A DNA stretch of 64,000 bases from Azolla caroliniana (Eukaryota; Plantae; Polypodiophyta), in the NCBI GenBank assembly GCA_043228905.1, contig JBHGNT010000011.1, forward strand, positions 20,212,001 to 20,276,000, given 5' to 3'. The stretch's first letter is position 1. Every line of letters starts with the position of its first letter. Under the pieces are notes generated by a model. That model was not told the DNA's origin. It saw only the letters and a list, made by a program, of their open reading frames with translations, and ran no database searches. A program made the translations under genes and the position numbers. Shown here piece after piece: positions 35,625-47,277 of the stretch.

Positions 35625-38003
35625 CTAATTTCTTTTCTGTTTTGTAATATCAATATGTTTTCCACAATGGTTTAATAGTGAGGTCCATCCTACAATGTTC
35701 GGCATGGTAGGCATTGTGTTCAATAGATCATACGCCTCTGTCCAATCCCCTCGGCCTCCTAGAAGTTCAACCATACAGTTGTAATGCTCCTGAGTAGCTG
35801 CAATCTCTTTATCTTGCATCATGTACAAGAACATCGAAATCCCTTCTCTTCTAAGTCCCATATGACTACATGCAGAGAGAACACATAAAAAAGTCACACC
35901 ATCTGGCTTCACACATTCCTTCCGTATTTCTTCGAAACATTGCAACACTCGTTTCTCATCTCCAACTTTCATATAGCCATTCATCATCGCATTCCATGTG
36001 ACTATATCTCGCATCGGCAAGCCTGTGAACACCTTCACTGCATCCTCAATACTTCCACATTTCGAATACATGTCAACAAGTGCACTACTCAATTGTATGT
36101 ATTTACTGTCACCGCTTTCAATACAACTTGCATGACAAAGCTTCCCAACATCTAGGGCGACCACTGGAGAACAAGTTTTTAGAAGTAAAATGTAGGTTAT
36201 ATGATTAGGTTTCATACCCAACTGCCACATCTTTTGGAAAAGTTCAAGTGCCTCATGATTGTGTCCAAATTGTGCACAACCCATGATCATTGCATTCCAT
36301 ACTCCGAGGACTTGAGAAGGCATGCTATTAAATGCCGTCTGGGAATCCTTGAAACTTGCACATTTAGCGTACATGTCAACAAGAGTGCTCCCAACATGCA
36401 TATCTTGCTCAGACCCACCCATGATGATAAGAGTGTGTACCACATACCCTAAGTCAGAAACTCCTAAGCTACTACATATCTTTAAAAGAAAAAGAAAGGT
36501 TACTCTGTTAGGATTGATATCTTCCCATTGCATCTCAGAGCAATGCTCAAGTGCATCCATGAAATAACCATGTTCTGTGTAAGCTCCTATCATTGCAGTC
36601 CATGTCACTATATCTCGATCAAACGAACTATCAAACAGCCCTTGTGCATCACTTAGACTCCCACATCTGGAATACACATTTATAAGAGTGCTACATAAGA
36701 CTGCATCATTATTAAGTCCAGTTTCAACTATTGCTGCATGTATCAACAGCACATGATCCACAGATGATGTGGCTTTCAATATGGTTGCAAACGTAACATT
36801 ATTTGGCTGAACCCCTTCATGTTGCATTTTATCAAACTGTTGCAAAGCTTCAAAGCTATCACTTAGTTCAGCACATGCTGCAATCATTGCATTCCATGCC
36901 TCAACTGGTCGTTTTTGCAACCTATCAAACACTTCCTTGGCTATGGTTATAAAAGAGCTCTTATTTAGATTATCACTTGTTGAAGATGACTCTACCATCA
37001 GTAAGGCTTCAACTTGAGCCTCTTCTTCTAAGGTTTGTCTCTTACAAAAAGACCTTAAAATGCAAAGGAAGGTCACATAATCAGGACTCTTTCCCTGCTC
37101 TTGCATTTTTTGGTAAACATTTAAAGCATCTTCACAAAGGCCTCGTTCGGCATAGCCTACAATCAATGCATTCCATGTTACAGTATTTGGTTCAATCCCC
37201 TCTTTCTTCATTTCTCCAAAAAGCCTAAGAACCTCATGCATTTTTCCATCTTGTGCATGCCCTGAAATTATCGTATTCCATGAAACTATATTTGGCTTCA
37301 TACCTTCATCTTGCATACATTGGAAAAGCTCTAAAGCCTTCTCACAAGAATTATTATGGACATAACCAGACATTACAGTATTCCATGTCACTATATCTTT
37401 ATTCCACAATCTATCAAACACGTGCAATCCGTCAACTATTCTCTTGCATTTAAAATACATGTCCATCACTGCATTTGCAACATGCAAAACTGAGTCAAAA
37501 CTACTCTCAAGAATATCATTGTGAATAACCTCACCTTGTTGCAAGAAATCTCCACTACCACAAGCTTTGAGCACTGCAACGAAGACATGTCCATCCGGAT
37601 CAACACCTGATTGATGAGCTCGATGATATAAATCGATTGCTCTGGAGTTATATCCAAACCGGACATTCGCACCAATAATGGCACTCCAAGTGAATACACT
37701 ATGTTCCGATGAGTTATCAAAGATACGATTCGCTTCCAAAATATTTCCAAATGATGCATACATTCTAATCAAATGGCTCTTTAGGAAAGAATATGTATAC
37801 TGTCCACTTCTGAGGATTAGCTGATGTAGCTCTGTTCCTGCAGCCAAATCTTCCTCTAAAATGCATCTTTTCAAGAGGGCAAAAAGTACTGTATTAGGAA
37901 CTCGAATGCCAATGGAAACAGAGTGGTTTACATCTGAAAGCGCTTCCTTCAGTCCTCGTTCTCTACATGGCATGATATGTTGATAATGATGATGTATTAT
38001 CAT
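35625..38003 (-). CDS. Intronless PLS-class pentatricopeptide repeat protein (792 aa), ending early in the E domain, no DYW
   Basis: Repeated P/L/S motifs (DIVTWNTVMSGY, LVDMYSKCGSIEDAVKVF, PDGVTFLCVLSACSHMGL, EHYNCMVELLG). Terminates ...PNIVGWTSLLNHCGKHIDITKQKRN*. Confidence 0.93.
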   Translation of the reverse strand: MIIHHHYQHIMPCRERGLKEALSDVNHSVSIGIRVPNTVLFALLKRCILEEDLAAGTELHQLILRSGQYTYSFLKSHLIRMYASFGNILEANRIFDNSSEHSVFTWSAIIGANVRFGYNSRAIDLYHRAHQSGVDPDGHVFVAVLKACGSGDFLQQGEVIHNDILESSFDSVLHVANAVMDMYFKCKRIVDGLHVFDRLWNKDIVTWNTVMSGYVHNNSCEKALELFQCMQDEGMKPNIVSWNTIISGHAQDGKMHEVLRLFGEMKKEGIEPNTVTWNALIVGYAERGLCEDALNVYQKMQEQGKSPDYVTFLCILRSFCKRQTLEEEAQVEALLMVESSSTSDNLNKSSFITIAKEVFDRLQKRPVEAWNAMIAACAELSDSFEALQQFDKMQHEGVQPNNVTFATILKATSSVDHVLLIHAAIVETGLNNDAVLCSTLINVYSRCGSLSDAQGLFDSSFDRDIVTWTAMIGAYTEHGYFMDALEHCSEMQWEDINPNRVTFLFLLKICSSLGVSDLGYVVHTLIIMGGSEQDMHVGSTLVDMYAKCASFKDSQTAFNSMPSQVLGVWNAMIMGCAQFGHNHEALELFQKMWQLGMKPNHITYILLLKTCSPVVALDVGKLCHASCIESGDSKYIQLSSALVDMYSKCGSIEDAVKVFTGLPMRDIVTWNAMMNGYMKVGDEKRVLQCFEEIRKECVKPDGVTFLCVLSACSHMGLRREGISMFLYMMQDKEIAATQEHYNCMVELLGGRGDWTEAYDLLNTMPTMPNIVGWTSLLNHCGKHIDITKQKRN

Positions 38004-38536
38004 AACTACATGACCTATGGGACTGGGTCTTCTACGCTTACAAGGTTCATAAAAACATATGCCAGAAAATACATTACTTTGATATGGTTGGTTTTAAGAA
38101 TCTAAATACATTACTTTCATATGGTTGGTGTTTTAAGAAAGAGCTAGTGTCTCCAATGTCCATGTTTCCATGTGTTTTGTTAGATGAGAGTTAAGTTTTC
38201 CATGTTCGGGAAACATATGCTTCGAACATTGTGTGTGATGTCAATACATAAAGTGATAAGTGATGGTAAACATTCTTTGGCTTTCTTGGTGGCTGCAAAA
38301 TGTGTGGGAAACATCCTCTAGTTGTAGTTGTATGCTTTGTGCTTCTATGTTGAGTTGTTGCTTATCCATTGTCTCTCTTGATTGAGGTAGAACTTGCAAG
38401 CACGTCTCTTCTCTCTGTGCCTCGACTTGAGGCATGACTTGGGTGTTGGAGAATTATGAGTGCATCACACATTTCAAGTGCTTTGACATTGTTGGAACAC
38501 ATGATGGGGTGATTTGATAGTTACTAAAATATTCAC

Positions 38537-38954
38537 TGAAAACGATTACTTGTAGAAGCGTTAGAAAACAGAGAAAGCAGAGAATACACAGAGTACACGG
38601 GAGAGTCAGAGAGAGAGCAAAGCGTAAAAGCTATATTCAAAATAATATAAACACTCTATCCAAAATACAATTATGCTCAGTAGCACTATTTATACAAGAC
38701 CTCGTGGGACTGACAAAAGTACCGCGTACTTCAATGCTCACACAAGCATCTGACACTTACTACGAGACTATAACTGCCTAGTAGTCTAACTAATACTAGG
38801 CTTCCGGTTACCGATTGGATCCAACTAACCGGCTCCCCAGATCACCGACTCTATTGCTTGCCGGCTCGGTTGCTCATCGGCTTACCGATCCGTCTCACTC
38901 ACCAGCTCAGGCTTATCCAGCCGATTCGGCTCCAGTTGAGCTTGCCACTCAACA
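38537..38954 (-). repeat. 3' LTR of the Copia
   Basis: About 23 substitutions relative to the 5' LTR over 418 bp by hand count, mostly transitions. Confidence 0.95.
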
Positions 38955-41900
38955 CTCCCCCTCAAGCTCAACTTGAGGTGGATCCTAGTGTCAGCCTCTG
39001 TGGCAGTCGGTTCTTCCAACCGACTTCTCCTGGCGTCGCTCCGCCTTGCTTGCGCTCCTCGTCCGGTCCGGTTCTGTTTGCCGCGACCCCTCTTGTTCTG
39101 CGCACCTCGACCTCCTCGGTCGGCTTGTCTGCTCAACAGGCCCAATTCAGCTCCCTTGCTGCTGTGACTTCGGTGCGTTCCGGTTCGCCGATTCCTTCGT
39201 GTTGGCATCGACTTTCGTTGCCTTCTCGTCCTCTTGGCCTTGAATTGATCCAGTTCTTCCGAATCTGTCTGTTGAACCGAATCGATTGTCTCTAATTCGT
39301 TCCAGCTCTTGTCCGAATCGGTTGCTCCCGATTCGTCTTTTGGTTCTAGGCCCTTCACCACATCGGACCATGTCCAAGTCTTGGCCTTCTTCCTTCAGTC
39401 GGCTCTGTCCTTCTTGACTCTACCGCCACTGCCGCTTGTTCCGACTTGTTCGGACGTGTCGACTTCCCTTGTAGATTCGGCTCCTTTCTTCTTCTTGACT
39501 CTCCCTTCGTCGGTTCTTCCCTCACCGGCGCAATCGGCAGTCTCTTTGCCTTTGCCCATTCCGGTGTCTTTGCCCGTTCTCCCCCTCAAGTGTGGCACGT
39601 CAAGATGTTGAACACCAAGCATTTCGGTGAAGTGCTGCAACTTGTCTGATCCGAGCGGTTTGGTGAAGATGTCGGCAACTTGCCGATCCGTGTGAACATA
39701 CCGAAGTTAGACCTCACCACTCAAGACATGCTCACGCACGAAGTGATAGTGCACTTCTATGTGCTTTGTGCGAGCATGGAATACGGGGTTCTTGGCGAGT
39801 TGCATGCTGCTTATGTTGTCGCAGTAGACCAGAATCGAGGTCGGTACCTCGATCCGTAGGTCTTGCAACAGTCGTCGAAGCCAAATGGCTTCACAGGTGG
39901 CAATGGTAGCGCCCCGATACTCAGCCTCAGTGCTCGACAGAGCAACTGTTGGTTGTTTTTTGCTGCTCCACGCAACAACCGCGCTACCTAGGGAAAACAT
40001 GTAACCAGAGGTTGATCGGTGATCTGATGCATCGCCGGCCCAATCGGCATCTGTGTAACCGACCAGCTCTTCGGGTATACCACGCCGGTATAACAGGCCC
40101 CGGTCCTTCGTGCCGCTTACATATCGCAGTATCCGTTGCGCGCAGTGAAGGTGCTCCACGGTCGGCTTTTGCATGAACTAACTTATCATTCCGACCGAAT
40201 AGCTGATGTCAGGTCGAGTGATAGTCAAGTAAATAAGGCTTCCGACAATTTGTCGGAACCGTTTCTCGTTGCAAGCCGATCCATAGTTGGGACGAAGCTT
40301 CTAGTTCCGGTCCAAGGGTGTGGAGACAAGTCGGCATTTTGTCATGCCGAACTTGTACAACATATTCAAGACGTAATGTCGTTGTGAGAGCAACATGCCG
40401 TTGAGGGTTCGGATCACCTCGATCCCAAGAAAATAATGAAGGTCCCCCAGGTCCTTCATCTCAAATGCGTCTAACAACTGGGACTTGACGCAGTTGACTT
40501 CTGGAAGACCCGGTCCGGTGATGACTAAATCATCAACATACAACAAGATATATACCGGACCGGTTGAGCCTTGCCGGATGAACAACGAAGAGTCGGACTT
40601 GGAGGCCACAAACCCCATCTTACGCAATTGGTGCATGATCTTCGCATTCCAAGCTCGAGGGGCTTGCTTCAGGCCATACAACGACTTCTTCAGTCGGCAT
40701 ACCGTCGACTTGTTCATCTCCGATTGAAAACCGGGAGGCTGAGTCATAAAGACTTCTTCTTCAAGATCACCCTGAAGAAACGCATTCTTCACATCCATCT
40801 GGTGAAGATGCCACCCTCTTGCTGCAACAATCGCCAGCACCACACGAACCATCGTCATCTTCGCTACCGGAGCGAAGGTCTCGTTGTAGTGGGTCTGTGC
40901 GTATCCCTTCGTCACTAATCGGGCCTTGTACCGGTTAACTGAACCGTCGGCGTTGTACTTTACCTTGTACACCCATTTGCATCCGATCGGTTTACAGTGA
41001 CGAGGATCAACCAGGTCCCATGTCTCGTTGGCATCGAGTGCCCGCATTTCTTCCTCCATAGCGGCACGCCAATTTGCGTCCTTTGTCGCTTCTGCATAAC
41101 TCTCAGGTTCACGTACTTCCGTCACCTTAGTCATGTACGCATAGTGATGCTCCATGTACTCATTGTACCCGTACCGCGTGACGGGATCCTTCTAGTGGGT
41201 GGACCGGCGTAACTCACCGTTACCCGGTTTAAGGCATTTCTTGGCTGGTTCGGTATTCGTTGCCGAAGATCCGCCTTTCTCCTTGCCAGAGTCGGATGCA
41301 CACTGATCCGACTCATCGTTGCCGGTTTCGAAGTCCGGCATCTTTTTCTTCCCTTTCTCTTTGCCCGTGAACCGTCTCCTCGGTTCCTTGCGCGGAGAGT
41401 GCACGGCAGAATCTCCACTCCTCGTCGGTTCCTCATCGGACTGGTCAGATTGACTCAGTCTCTCGTTCGGCCCGCTCAACCGAAACGATTCCGGACTCTC
41501 ATCTTGAGCCCACACTTCATCATCATCTACCTGGACCGGTTCAGGCTCACTAGCCTCATCGTCCAGCATCGGGTCAGATTCAGAAGTCGGGACCGGTAAG
41601 GAGTACCACGATGCCGATTCATCGAACTCGACATCTTGACTAACTCGGACTTGCTTTGTCCGGGGGTTATTACACTTATAACGCTTTTGCTCTTGAGCAT
41701 AACCAATTAGGATGCATTTTTCTGATTTTGCATCTAGCTTCCTCTGCTTCTCATCCAGTACATGCACATATGCAATGTTGCCGAAGATCTTAAGGTGTCT
41801 CAAATTCGGCTTGCGCCTGAAATACAGCTCGTAAGTTGACACCTTGTCACCGATCCGATTCTGGATGTAGACAACCGTTCGGACTGCCTCCGCCTAGTAG

Positions 41901-42809
41901 AATTTGGGCATGCTCTTCTCCTCCAGCATTGCCCTTGCCACATCAATAAGCGACCGGTTCTTCCTTTCGGCAACATCGTTCTGTTGCGGTGTGTATCTGC
42001 AGTTGAACTCTCGCCGAATTCCCGTTTGCTGCAGATAACTGTTGAATTGGCCGGAAAAGTATTCTTTTCCGCCATCTGACCGCAGGCATTTGATCTTCCT
42101 CTCCGATTCCCGTTCCACCATGCTTTGGAAACTCTAGAAACACTCAAAGACTTCACTCTTCCACTCAATGAGGTAGATCCATGTGTGCCGCGTATAGTCG
42201 TCGATGAAGGAGACGAAATATCGACTCCTGCCAAGACTAACATTCTGTGTCGGTCCCCACACATCCAAATGGATAAGGTCGAGCTTGTTATGACTCTGGT
42301 TACGTTCGGTAGGAAATGGAAGCCGGTGTTGCTTCTCGAGTTGCTAGGCTTCACATACTTTGGCCTTTCGGCCGCTGAAGGCAAACTGAAAATAACTTGT
42401 TTCGCTTGCTGGTCTTGAAGCCTCCGGTAATTGACGTGGCCTATCCGCTTGTGCCACAGGTCGATGTCCGATTCAACCTTCTGTCCTTTTGCAAATAGAG
42501 TGGTGCCAACGTCATTGGTGTCGAGGATAAACATCCTCCCATCTTTGCGCCCTTGCAGCGTTGTTTACGTACGCGTATTTAACGTATCAATACGTATAAT
42601 ACCTTCTTATTTGTATAGTACGTACCATACGTCAAAGTTGTTCATTCAAATGTCATATGCATTCGTCTAATACGGTATTTAACGTACCTTTAAAAAAATA
42701 CGTATAATACGTATTTATAGAAAATGTGAGTAAAACCCTAAAGAAAGCAAAAGAAAATAACAACTTTAGTAAAATAGAAGGAAGAAAGAAAGACGGACAG
42801 AATAGACTT

Positions 42810-42968
42810 AGAAGAAGAAGAAGAAGAAGAAGAAACAGAAAAAGCAGAAGAAGAAGAAGAAGAAGAAGAAGAAGCACTAGAAGAAGAAGAAGAAGAAGAA
42901 GCACTAGAAGAATAAGAAGAAGAAGAAGCACAAGAAGAAGAAGAAGAAGAAGAAGAAGAAGAAGAAAA
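42810..42968. repeat. Interrupted (AGA)n microsatellite inside the hAT
   Basis: Directly visible. Confidence 0.95.
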
Positions 42969-43544
42969 TAAAATCAGGTTAGTGAATATATTTCTTTCTT
43001 TTATTTTTTATGATTAAGTATACCTCCCATTTTGTTGTATTCCAATGTCAAGTTGTATGATAATACCAAATGACAAGGGAGATTTAATTTTTAGTTGATC
43101 TAGTTTACGTATGCTTGTGTTCAGCAATCTATCTATTCCACAATAATGCATCTATACAAGTAACAAATTGGTAGACAATTGTAATTGACGTCATGCGATA
43201 AAACTCTCCTCTTTGCAAGTGTTGAGATCAAATATTATAGGAACCATGTGTTGAAACTCAAACATGTATGTATACATGTAGACAATGTGTTCAAAATCTT
43301 TCACAATTTGTAGCATTAGCTAATCCTTTGCTTATTGATTTTAGTGGTTGTATCCCATTTGAATTCATTTCAGAAATTGATCATTCTAATTTACTTTCCA
43401 AAAGGAGTGGAAGAAAACATCCCCCACAAATCCAAGTAAATTTCATATTTATTTTAATTTTTTATGGTTTCCTAGCATTAAACCTCCAAATGTTTTCTCA
43501 TGTTTTAAGATCAGATCATTTTGTAATTACTAATACCCTTTTAG

Positions 43545-44635
43545 GTACGAAGATGTTTTGAAGTTATTTGACATACGATGGAAATGGTTCAAGAGGCCGA
43601 TCCACCTTGTAGCTCATTTGTTGCATCCAATGTGGAGAGAGGAGGCTACATTTATTAACCCCGAGTTAATGGATGCATGGATGAGCTATACAGAAAAATT
43701 GTACTCGACACTTGAATGTGATATCTTATTTCGTGAATTGCATGAATATCGAAATAGCACAGGGACATTTAGCTATGCATTAGCACGTGAAGAGATATCT
43801 ATGATGACGCCAGTCACATGGTGGGAAAATTTTGGTGGAAGAACTCCAAAGCTCCAAGCATTAGTTGTCCGCATATTATCCCAAGTAAGTGTCAAGTTTT
43901 GAAAAAATGATCAATTTTATAGTTAAGTTCTAAAATACTGCACTTTTGTGTACTACCTTTTATTTCATATTTTGTTTTCTATTAGGATTGCTCTTCTGGG
44001 GCAGCAGAAAGGAATTGGAATGCACATGCTCTCGCACATACAAAAAATAGAAACAGACTAAAGGTAGCACAACTTGAACGATTGGTATATGTGCGAGAGA
44101 ACTTAAGGCTAGTTCGCAAGTTTGAGACTGTGAATGCATCTCCAATGCAGGTATTGTTTTATTCACTTCTTATAATTTACATTCCTCAAATTTCGTTAAG
44201 CTTTTATAAACTTGTTTGCAGGTGAATCCAAATGAGATAGATGTCTCTAAGACTCATGATATTCCATCTATTAGCCACGAGAATGATATGGATAGAGAAT
44301 TCTATGAAACTTATTTTCAATAAACAATGAGCATGAGAAGGACAAGGAGCATGACAAGATCACATACGACAACATCAAGCGATGGAGTCCCTATTGATCG
44401 AATACAGAGGCAGAGGCCAAGAAGAGATGATGAGCGGTCTTCTTGTAATAGGAGAATAACAAGATCAAGTACATTTGCTTCTTTACCACCAAATGATCAA
44501 GATAATGTCAATGGAATAGAAGAAGCAATTCATACAAATTATGATGATCTTACTGACGAAGAACCTATGTTGATGTCATCAACTAACACTGAATCTGATG
44601 ATGAAGATGGTGATTGTGATGAGGACGAGATCTAA
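43545..44635 (+). pseudogene. hAT transposase C-terminal remnant (dimerisation domain); exons ~43545-43884, 43986-44150, 44222-44635
   Basis: PIHLVAHLLHP...PVTWWENFGGRTPKLQALVVRILSQ|DCSSGAAERNW...KNRNRL...LERLVYVRENL; in-frame TAA at ~44321; N-terminal catalytic part is missing. Confidence 0.88.
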
Positions 44636-46859
44636 TGACTAATATTTCTGATTTCTATACGTTATTACTAAGCTCAATAGCCATATGTTACTTTTCTTTG
44701 ATCTAAGCCCATTTTGATACATTGGAGTCTTGGACATAGTTCAAGTTATGTGTTCTTAGAAGTCAAATATCTGATGTTATGTGTTGTTAAGGTTTTTTTC
44801 TAAATTTTGTTCCTACAATGCATTCTATTTATTTGACAAAATGCAATGTAAGTGTATCTCAAATATTTGATGTTATGTGTTCTGAAAGTTTTTTCCAAAT
44901 CAAAAGATGTGGTCTTTTCTTCAATAGGTATGTTGCACTTCTTGTCAAAGTGTTGTTTTTGTCAAAAGTACGATTTTTTTTGTAGAATTTTAGCTTGTCA
45001 TGACTCATCATGTGAATTCCCTCAATCATGTGAGGGATATACAGTTTTTGCTTCGTGGCCTTGGCTGTTGTTGTAAATGCCCAACAAGTTTGGGTTTTTT
45101 TTTACCTAACAAATATCTATTTGATTTGTTGATTTGTATCATTTTGATTCTCATATTTGCTCGATTTGCCCTTTAGTACTTTTAAGATGCAACTACAGCC
45201 ATGGAATGCTTCGTTACATTGCATATACACGGTTACAATATTACAATATTACAAATATTTTTTAAGAAAGTAAATAAATTTCAAATTCTAGAAGTATTTA
45301 ACGTACTATACGTATTTTATGTATTTTATAGGTATTTAACATACTAAAAACCGTATTTAACGTATTTTAAAATTGGGAGGTACTATACCCGTATTAATAC
45401 GTTAAATACGTATGGTATCAGTACCGTACCTAACGTACCTAACAACCATGCGCCCTTGCGCAATAATCTGGCCCTCTTCCTCGATGAAGCACCCGAGGTG
45501 AGTAAACCGCACCAGCATCCCTTGGTCGACGATTTGTCCGACTGACACCAGGTTCTTCGTGATTGTCAGAATGTGTAATATGTTCATCAGCTTCCCCTTC
45601 TGTCCGACGTGGCTCAAAGGGACTTCTCCGACGTGCACGATTGGGTGAGGAGTGTCATCTCCGGTTTCGACTACTCCTGGTTGATCCGGTTTCTCCAAAA
45701 AGGAGAACCATTCTTTGTGGCTCTTCATGTGGTTCGACACACCGAAATCAACATACCACACTTCCTCCAATTTGGAAGTGGTATTCTTCATCGAGTTCGC
45801 CTCGTGCTTCATCACCAAGATTGGCCCATTACCGTTCTTGGATCCTCCCGATCCCTTCACGTAGTGCGAGCTTTGCCAGCCATCCTTGCCGGCCTTGCCG
45901 GATCCGGATTTGTCCGGATCGGCCCGTTTTCTCCAACACTCGCTTTCTCCGTGGCCATTTTTGCCACAATACCAACATTCCGTTGCAGTCTTCTCTTGCC
46001 GTCTTCCAGTGCCGCCATGACTCCCCCTGCTCCCAGAGGGTCCGGAACTGTTGTCGACACGTTCTCTGTGCCTTTGTTTCTGGTCTTGTCGGCCGCCTCC
46101 ATTGTGTGCCGACCTACCTCGTCCACCACGCCCACGGGACTGATCCGCTTCCGTGTACAGCATCCGGTTGTCAATGGGTGTGCTAGTTGACGCACCGGCA
46201 TGGTTCTCCTCTACAAGGAGCATCGAATGTAAGTCGAAAAATGACAGCGTATTCTCCCTTGTACATACCGCCGTTCGGAACGCTCTGAACTTAGACGCCA
46301 GACCCCCAAGACAGACCTGTACCATCTTGTCTTCCTCTACAGTAACGTTGATAGAGGCAAGCGAGTCACATATCTCTTTGATCCAGGCCGTGTAATCCAC
46401 CATTGACATGTCCTTCTGTCGGACATTGCTCAACTCCTGTCAGAGTTGCAACTTCCAAGCTGTAGTGCTCGCGGCGAAAACCTTCTTCAGGTTTCCCCAA
46501 GCCTCCTTCGGCGTCTTGGCGTCTCAGATGTGGCTTAGCAGCTGGTCTCCGACACTGGACGCGAAGCAGTACATCACTCTGCTTGCCGATTGTTCCCACA
46601 CTAGGAAATCCTTATGTGCCGCATCAGGTGTTGTTTCGTTGGCTCCTTCGACGAAACTCCAGTAACCATGCCCAAGCAAGTACTGGTGCATCTTGTACGA
46701 CCAAGATGCGTAGTTGGATCTGTCGAGTTTCTCCATAGGGAGCGAGCTAGCCATTCCTCTATCCATCACTTCTTTGTCTGTTGTTCTTACGACCTATTAG
46801 GGTTTTCTTTCAAGCGTTTGTCGGCTGCAGAGGTTCTCAACCCTCGCGCTCTAATACCA

Positions 46860-47277
46860 TGAAAATGATTACTTGCGGAAGCGTTAGAAAACAGAGAAAG
46901 CAGAGAATACACAGAGTACACGGGAGAGTCAAAGAGAGAGCAAAGCATAAAAGCTATATTCAAAATAATATAAACACTCTGTCCAAAATACAATTGTGCT
47001 CAGTAGCACTATTTATACAAGTCCTCGTGGGACTGACAGAAGTACCGCGTATTTCAATGCTCACGCGAGCATCTGACACTTACTACGAGACTATAACTGC
47101 CTAGTAGTCTAACTAATACTAGGCTACCGGTTACCAATTGGATCCAACTAACCGGCTCCCCAACTCACCGGCTCGGTTGCTTGCCGGCTCGGTTGCTCAC
47201 CGGCTTACCGATCCGTCTCGCTCACCGGCTCAGGCTTATCCAGCCGATCCGGCTCCAGTTGAGCTTGCCACTCAACA
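46860..47277 (-). repeat. 5' LTR of the Copia
   Basis: Direct repeat of 38537-38954, adjacent to the PBS. Confidence 0.95.

Larger units (their letters stand above)
42556..45450 (+). mobile_element. Internally deleted hAT DNA transposon nested in the Copia, 8-bp TSD CGCCCTTG
   Basis: TSD at 42548-42555 and 45451-45458. Imperfect TIRs (CAGCGTTGTT / CATGGTTGTT) and CGTA/TACG-rich subterminal repeats at both ends. Removing the element restores the Copia frame QIIAQGR|KDGRMFILD. Confidence 0.93.
38537..47277 (-). mobile_element. Full-length Ty1/Copia LTR retrotransposon (pseudogenised gag-pol), TSD TTCAC
   Basis: 418-bp TG...CA LTRs at 38537-38954 and 46860-47277. TTCAC at 38532-38536 and 47278-47282. 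tRNA-iMet-type PBS (TGGTATTAGAGC on -) next to 46860 and PPT next to 38954. Domains in Copia order: gag (CWYCGKNGHGESEC), protease, integrase (LWHKRIGH, CLRSDGGKEY), RT (YVDDL), RNase H (YTDADWAGD). Confidence 0.97.

Noticed and set aside
38068-38140. 36-bp tandem duplication upstream of the PPR
   Set aside because: Real but unremarkable local duplication with no indication of function.
42653-42971. Poly-Arg (protamine-like) and poly-Leu ORFs
   Set aside because: Translation artefacts of the (AGA)n microsatellite inside the hAT.
45563-46395. Long plus-strand ORFs (207 aa, 193 aa)
   Set aside because: Antisense shadows of the GC-rich Copia gag region.
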